Made by a program: the position numbers and the translations under genes. 64,000 nucleotides of DNA. Origin: the human T2T-CHM13v2.0 reference genome, Homo sapiens. This document shows positions 56,601-64,000 of this stretch, in pieces. The number at the start of each line of letters is the position of its first letter. Within the stretch, counting starts at the first letter, position 1. The DNA is taken from the NCBI RefSeq assembly GCF_009914755.1, contig NC_060940.1. One strand, 5' to 3'. A model generated the notes under the pieces. That model was given only the letters and a program-made list of their open reading frames with translations, made no database searches and was not told the origin of the DNA.

Positions 56601-59600
56601 GATTGCTTTGTTTTCAATTCGAAGATGATTACATTGGATTCCATTCTATGATACCATTCGATTCCATTCAATGATGATTCCACTCAAATCCATTGGATGA
56701 TTCCATTCGTGTCCATTCGGTGATTTCATTACATTCCATTCGAGGATGATTCCATTCGATTCCATTCGATGATTCCATTCAATTCCATTCGATGATGATT
56801 CCATTCCAGTCCATATGATCATTCCATTTGATTTCATTCGATGATGATTCCATTCGATTCCATTCGATGATTCCATTCTATTCCATTCGATGATGATTCC
56901 ATTCGAGTCCATTCGATCATTCCATTCGAGTCCATTTAATGATTCCATTGGGTTCAATTCAATGATGATTACATTGGATTCCGTTCTATGATTCCATTCA
57001 ATTCCGTTCATTGACAATTTGATTCCATTCGATGATGATTCCATTTGAGTTCATTCGATGATTCTATTCGATTCTCTTCGATGGTGATTCAATTCTATTA
57101 TATTGGATGATTCCATTCGATTCCATTTGATGTTGATTCAATTCGATTCTATTCGATGATGATTCCATTGGATTTCACTTGATGATTCTATTCGATTCCA
57201 TTCAATGATGATTCACTTCTCGTCCATTGGATGATTCCATTTCATTCCATTCGATGATGATTCCATTCGATTCCTTTCGATGATTCCATTTGATTCCATG
57301 CGACGGTGAGCAATTCGATTCAATTCCATGATGATTCTATTTGATTCTAGTAGATGATGTTTCCATTCGCATCCATTCCATGATTATTCCATTGGAATCC
57401 ATTTGGCGATGATTCCATATGAGTCAATTCAATGATGATTCCATATGGGTCCGTTCGATGATAATTCCATTTGATTTCATTCGATGCTTCTATTCAATTC
57501 CAGTTGATGATGATTCCGTTGGAGTCCATACGATGATTCCATTTGATTTCATTTGATGATGATTCCATTCGATGATGATTACACTGGATTCCATTCTATG
57601 ATTCCATTCAATTCCATTCGTTGATGATTCGATTCCATTCAATGATGATTCCATTTGAGTTCATTCGATGATTCTATTCGATTCCGTTCGATGGTGATTC
57701 AATTCTATTATATTGGATGATTCCACTCGATTCCATTTGATGATTATTCCATTGGAGTCCACTTAGTGAATCCTTTAGATTCTACTCGAAGATGATTCCA
57801 TTCGAGTCCATTCGATGATACCATTCAATTCCATTCGTTGATGCTTCCATTCAAGTGCATTCGATGATATCATTCGATTCCATTTGATGATAATTCCATT
57901 TGATTCCATGCGATGATTCTATTCGATTCCATTCATTGATAATTCCATTCAATTCAGTGATTCCTCTGGACTCCATTTGATGATGATTCCATTCAATGAT
58001 TCCGTTCGATTCTATTCCAAAATGATTCCATTTGAATCCATTTGATGATGATTCCATTAGATTCCATTTGATGATTCCATTCGATTCCATTTGACGATGA
58101 TTCCATTCGATTCCATTTGATGATTCCATTCTATTCTATTCGATGATGATTCCATTCGATTCCATTCGATGATGATTGGATTCGATTCCATTTGATGATT
58201 TCAATTGATTCCATTCGTTAATGATTTCGATCAACTCCATTCGATGATTCCATTTAATTCCATTCGATAATGATTACATCCGAGTCCATTCGATGATTCC
58301 ATTTGAGCCCGTTCGATAATTCCATTTGAGTCCAATCAATGATTCCATTCATTTCCATTCAATGATTCCATTCGAGTCCGTTTGATCATTCTGGTAGGGT
58401 CCGTTCGATGTTGATTCCATTGGAGTGCATTCGATGATTCCATTCGAGTCCATTTTAGGATTTGATTCGAGTCCTTTCGATGATTCCATTCGATTCCACT
58501 CGATGATGATTTCATTCGAGTCCATTCGACACTTCCAATCGATTCCATTTGATGTTTCCATTCGAGTCCAATTGATGATTCCATTCAATTCCATTCGATG
58601 ATGATTCCGTACGATTCCATTCTGTGATGATTCCATGTGATTGCATTCAATGATGATTACTTTCGATTGCATTCGATTATGATTCATTTCGTGTTCATTC
58701 TATGGTTCCACAGGTTTCCATTCGATGACGTTTCCGTTCGTGTCCATTCCATTATTCCATTCTATTTCATTTGATGATGATTCCATTCGATTCCATTCAT
58801 TGGTGATTCCACTCAATTCCATTCAATGATTCCATTCCATTTCTTTCAACAATGATTCCATTAGTTTCTATTCGATGATCCACTTGATTCCATTTGGCGA
58901 TGATTCCATTCGTGTCCATTCAATGATTCCATTTGATTCCATATGATGATGATTCCATTCGATTCCATACCATGATGATTCCATTCGAGTCCATTCAATG
59001 GTGATTCCATTCAATTCCATTCGATGATTCCTTCCGATTCCATTCGATGATGATGGCATTAGATTCCTTTCAATCATTCCCTTTGATTCCATTCAAAGGT
59101 GATTCCATTCAATTCCATTCGATGATTCCTTCCGATTCCATTCGATGATGATGGCATTAGATTCCTTTCAATCATTCCCTTTGATTCCATGCAAAGGTGA
59201 TTTCATTCAAGTCCATTCGATAATTGCATTCGATTCCATTCTATGATGATTCCATTCGAGTCCATTTGATGATTCCATTCAATTCAAGTCAATGATGATT
59301 CCATTCGATTCCACTCGATGATTCCATTGGATTCCATTCGATGATGATTCCATTCAAATCCATTCGATAATTCAATTCAAGTCCATTCGATGATGATTCC
59401 AATTGAATCCATTCAAAGATTCCATTCAATTCCATTCGATGATGATTCCCTTAGATTCCATTCGATGATTCCACTTGATTCCATTTACGATGATTCCATT
59501 CGATTCCATGTGATGAATCCATTCAATTCTATTCAATGATGTTTCCATTTGATTCCATTGGACCATGATTGCCTTTGATTCCATTCAATGATTCCATTCG

Positions 59601-59895
59601 GTTCCATTTGATGATGATTCCGTTCGATTCCATTTCATTATTCCATTTGATTCCATTGGATGAGTCCATTCGATTACATTCGATGATTATTCCATTCGAG
59701 TGCATTAGATGATTGCATTCGAGTCCATTCGATGATTCCAATCGATTCCATTCGATGTTGATTCTGTTCAAATCCATTCGATGATTCCACTCGATTCCAT
59801 TCGATGACTCCATTTGATCCCATTCGATGATTTCCTGTGATTCCCTTTGATGATCATTCTATTTGATTCAATTCGGTGATTTCATTTCATTCCAT
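53664..59895 (+). repeat. Unit, 6,232 bp (+3, +16, +98 tandem duplication, +3)
   Basis: Offsets run 53480 -> 53483 -> 53499 -> 53600. Confidence 0.87.
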
Positions 59896-60626
59896 TCAGT
59901 GATGTTTCCATTCGACTGTATTCCATGATGATTCCATTTGACTCCATTCGATTATGATTTCATTCAATTCCATTCAATAATGATTCCCTTCGAGTCCATT
60001 CGATGATTCCATTCGATTCCATTCAACGATGATTTGATTCGTTTCCATTCGATGATTCCATTGGATTCCATTCGATGATGATTCCATTCAAATCCATTCG
60101 ATAATTCAATTCAAGTCCATTCAATGATGATTCCAATCGAATCCATTCAAAGATTCCATTCAGTTCCATTCGATGATTCCCTTAGATTCCATTCGATGAT
60201 TCCACTTGATTCCATTTACGATGATTCCATTCGATTCCATGTGATGATTCCCTTCAATTCTATTCAATGATGTTGCCATTTGATTCCATTCGACCATGAT
60301 TGCCTTTGATTCCATTCAATGATTCCATTCGGTTCCTTTTGATGATGATTCCGTTCGATTCCATTTGATGATTCCATTTGATTCCATTGGATGAGTCCAT
60401 TCGATTACATTCGATGATTATTCCATTCGAGTGCATTAGATGATTCCATTCGAGTCCATTCGATGATTCCATTCGATTCCATTCGATGTTGATTCTGTTC
60501 AAATCCATTCGATGATTCCACTCGATTCCATTCGATGACTCCATTTGATCCCATTCGATGATTTCCTGTGATTCCCTTTGATGATCATTCCATTTGATTC
60601 AATTCGGTGATTTCATTTGATTCCAT
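59896..60626 (+). repeat. Second 731-bp sub-unit duplication (junction near 60060)
   Basis: The marker occurs at 59529 and 60260. The junction sequence is the same as at ~30770. Confidence 0.88.
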
Positions 60627-62661
60627 TCAGTGATGTTTCCATTCGACTCCATTCGATGATGATTTCATTCAATTCCATTCGATAATGATTCCCTTCGAGT
60701 CCATTCGATGATTCCATTCGATTCCATTCAACGATGATTTGATTCGTGTCCGTTCGATGATTCCATTTGATTCCACTTGATGATGATTCCATTCGAGTCC
60801 ATTTGATGATTCCATTCAATTCCATTCTCCGATGATTTCTTTTGAGCCCATTCAATGCTTCCACTCGATTCCATATGATGATGACTCCATTCGATGAAAT
60901 TCGATGATGATTCCATTCGCTTGCGTTCGATGATGATTCCACTTGAGTCCGTTAGAAGATTCTATTCAATTACATTCCATGACGATTCCGTTCGAGTCCA
61001 TTTGATGATTCCATTAGACTCCATTCGACGATGATTCCATTCGATGTTATTCGATGATTCCATTCGATCTCATTCGATGATGATTCCATTCAACTCCATT
61101 CGATGTTTCCATTCGAGTTCATTCTATTATTCCATTAGATTCCATTCGATGATGATTCCATTCGATTCCATTTGATGATTGCATTCTATTTCATTTGATG
61201 ATGATTCCATTCGAGTCCACTCGATGATTCCATTCGAGTCCATTTAATGAATCCATTGGTTTCAATTCTATGATGATTACATTGGATTCCATTCGTTGAT
61301 GATTTCATTCGGTTCCATTCAATGATGATTCCATTCAATTCCTTTCAATGTTTCCATTCAATTCCATACGATGATGATTCCATTTGATTTGATTCGACAG
61401 TGAGCCATTCGATTCAATTCCATGATGATTCTATTTGATTCAATTGGTTGACATTTCCATTCGATTCCATTCGATGATGATTCCCTTTGATTCCATTCAA
61501 AGATGATTCCATTCTAGCCCATTCAATCATTCCATTCGATTCTATTCAATGATGATTCCATTCATGTCGATTTGTTGATTCCATTTGACTTCATTTAATG
61601 ATGATTCCTTTCAAGTTCATTAGATGATTCCATTCGATTCCATTTGATGATGATCCCATTCGAGTCCATTTGATGATTCCATTTGTTTCCATTCCATGAT
61701 GATTCCATTCCATTCCATTCAATGATTCCATTCGATTCCGTTTGATGATGATTTCATTCGAGTCCATTTGATGATTCCATTTGATTCCATTCGATGATGA
61801 TTCCATTCGAGTCCATTCGATGATTCTATTCGAATCCACTTGATGATTTTTTTGATTATAGTTGGTGATGATTCCATTGGAGTCCATTCAATGATTCCAT
61901 TCGATTACAATCGATGGTGATTCCATTAGAGTCCATTTAATGATTCCATTTGATTCTAGTCTCTGATGATTACATTCGAGTCCATACGATGATTCCACTC
62001 AATTCCGTATGATGATGATTCCATTCGATTCCATTCGATGATTCCATTCGATTCCATTCAACGATGATTTGATTCGTTTCCATTCGATGAATCCATTGGA
62101 TTCCATTCGATGATGATTCCATTCAAATCCATTCGATAATTCAATTCAAGTCCATTCGATGATGATTCCAATCGAATCCATTCAAAGATTCCATTCAGTT
62201 CCATTCGATGATTCCCTTAGATTCCATTCGATGATTCCACTTGATTCCATTTACGATGATTCCATTCGATTCCATGTGATGATTCCATTCAATTCTATTC
62301 AATGATGTTGCCATTTGATTCCATTCGACCATGATTGCCTTTGATTCCATTCAATGATTCCATTCGGTTCCGTTTGATGATGATTCCGTTCGATTCCATT
62401 TGATGATTCCATTTGATTCCATTGGATGAGTCCATTCGATTACATTCGATGATTATTCCATTCGAGTGCATTAGATGATTCCATTCGAGTCCATTCGATG
62501 ATTCCATTCGATTCCATTCGATGTTGATTCTGTTCAAATCCATTCGATGATTCCACTCGATTCCATTCGATGACTCCATTTGATCCCATTCGATGATTTC
62601 CTGTGATTCCCTTTGATGATCATTCCATTTGATTCAATTCGGTGATTTCATTTGATTCCAT
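60627..62661 (+). repeat. Truncated unit, 2,035 bp (-26; jump near 62040 back into the 731-type junction)
   Basis: The marker occurs at 60260 and 62295. Unit position ~1620 is joined to ~295-345 and then to ~5725. Confidence 0.85.
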
Positions 62662-64000
62662 TCAGTGATGTTTCCATTCCACTCCATTCGATGATGATTC
62701 CATTCGACTCCATTCGATTATGATTTCATTCAATTCCATTCGATAATGATTCCCTTCGAGTCCATTCGATGATTCCATTCGATTCCATTCAACGATGATT
62801 TGATTCGTGTCCATTCGATGATTCCATTTGATTCCACTTGATGATGATTCCATTCGAGTCCATTTGATGATTCCATTCAATTCCATTCTCCGATGATTTC
62901 TTTTGAGCCCATTCAATGCTTCCACTCGATTCCATATGATGATGACTCCATTCGTTTAAATTCGATGATGATTCCGTTCGCTTGCATTCGATGATGATTC
63001 CACTTGAGTCCGTTAGAAGATTCTATTCAATTACATTCCATGACGATTCCGTTCGAGTCCATTTGATGATTCCATTAGACTCCATTCGACGATGATTCCA
63101 TTCGATGTTATTCGATGATTCCATTCGATCTCATTCGATGATGATTCCATTCAACTCCATTCGATGTTTCCATTCGAGTTCATTCTATTATTCCATTAGA
63201 TTCAATTCGATGATGATTCCATTCGATTCCATTTGATGATTGCATTCTATTTCATTTGATGATGATTCCATTCGAGTCCACTCGATGATTCCATTCGAGT
63301 CCATTTAATGAATCCATTGGTTTCAATTCTATGATGATTACATTGGATTCCATTCGTTGATGATTTCATTCGGTTCCATTCAATGATGATTCCATTCAAT
63401 TCCTTTCAATGTTTCCATTCAATTCCATACGATGATGATTCCATTTGATTTGATTCGACAGTGAGCCATTCGATTCAATTCCATGATGAATCTATTTTAT
63501 TCAATTGGTTGACATTTCCATTCGATTCCATTCGATGATGATTCCCTTTGATTCCATTCAAAGATGATTCCATTCTAGCCCATTCAATCATTCCATTCGA
63601 TTCTATTCAATGATGATTCCATTCATGTCGATTTGGTGATTCCATTTGACTTCATTTGATGATGATTCCTTTCAAGTTCATTAGATGATTCCATTCGATT
63701 CCATTTGATGATGATCCCATTCGAGTCCACTCAGTGATTCCATTCGTTTCCATTCCATGATGATTCCATTCCATTCCATTAAATGATTCCATTCGATTCC
63801 GTTTGATGATGATTTCATTCGAGTCCATTTGATGATTCCATTCGTTTCCATTCCATGATGATTCCATTCCATTCCATTCAATGATTCCATTCGATTCCGT
63901 TTGGTGATGATTTCATTCGAGTCCATTTGATGATTCCATTTGATTCCATTCGATGATGATTCCATTCGAGTCCATTCGATGATTCTATTCGAATCCACTT
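62662..64000 (+). repeat. Partial unit running off the window, with a 98-bp duplication near 63723-63918
   Basis: Offset 62478 (184->62662, 1174->63652). The block cattcgtttccattccatgatg...ccgtttg is repeated at +98. Confidence 0.85.

Larger units (their letters stand above)
1..64000 (+). repeat. Human Satellite II (HSat2/HSATII) pericentromeric array, CATTC strand on +
   Basis: Continuous degenerate (CATTC)n with the HSat2-typical 23/26-bp elements ATTCCATTCGATTCCATTCGATG(ATG) and ATTCCATTCGAGTCCATTCGATG. Very dense TCGA sites. Long pure (CATTC)n runs typical of HSat3 are absent. Confidence 0.98.

Noticed and set aside
184-63998. Numerous minus-strand ORFs (MESSNGIEWNHRM-like)
   Set aside because: These are translations of the GAATG strand of the satellite. 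They are short, overlapping, low-complexity and freely broken by indels. The + strand lacks ORFs because GATGA supplies TGA stops. There is no evidence of coding constraint.
1-64000. CRISPR-like repeat/spacer array or a novel prokaryotic repeat-associated system
   Set aside because: There are no unique spacers, no constant repeat-spacer geometry and no associated genes. Everything is CATTC-derived.
1-64000. HSat3 or alpha satellite
   Set aside because: Pure CATTC runs are only about 3-4 units long, while TCGA/GATGAT elements dominate (HSat2 pattern). There is no 171-bp monomer.
1-64000. Inversion or strand switch
   Set aside because: No GGAATGGAAT tracts appear on the + strand and all ORF markers are on the minus strand. 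Orientation is uniform.

Overview
The whole window is one uninterrupted, single-orientation array of human-type Satellite II (HSat2/HSATII; CATTC-derived, rich in CATTCGATTCCATTCGATGATGATT and GAGTCCATTCGA). It has a 6,112-bp higher-order period, which fits the ~6.1-kb HSat2B unit reported for the 16q11.2 heterochromatin (the locus assignment is inference). I see no credible gene, RNA gene, transposon or CRISPR array, and no new protein-coding system. All listed ORFs are minus-strand translations of the satellite and were used only as phase markers. The interest lies in the array architecture. About 22 kb of near-identical units is followed by a rearranged mosaic: units of 6082, 731, 1960, 5490, 4055, 5860, 4963, 6232, 731 and 2035 bp. 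This part includes indels quantised to 23/26/49/72/98 bp, a ~1.8-kb HSat2 island that is not part of the 6.1-kb unit, a short templated patch, a recurrent 731-bp duplication junction, and a ~4.5-kb block related at ~29.2 kb distance. Unit boundaries use an arbitrary phase (the 184..525 ORF marker). Breakpoints are approximate because they sit in microhomology and were aligned by eye.
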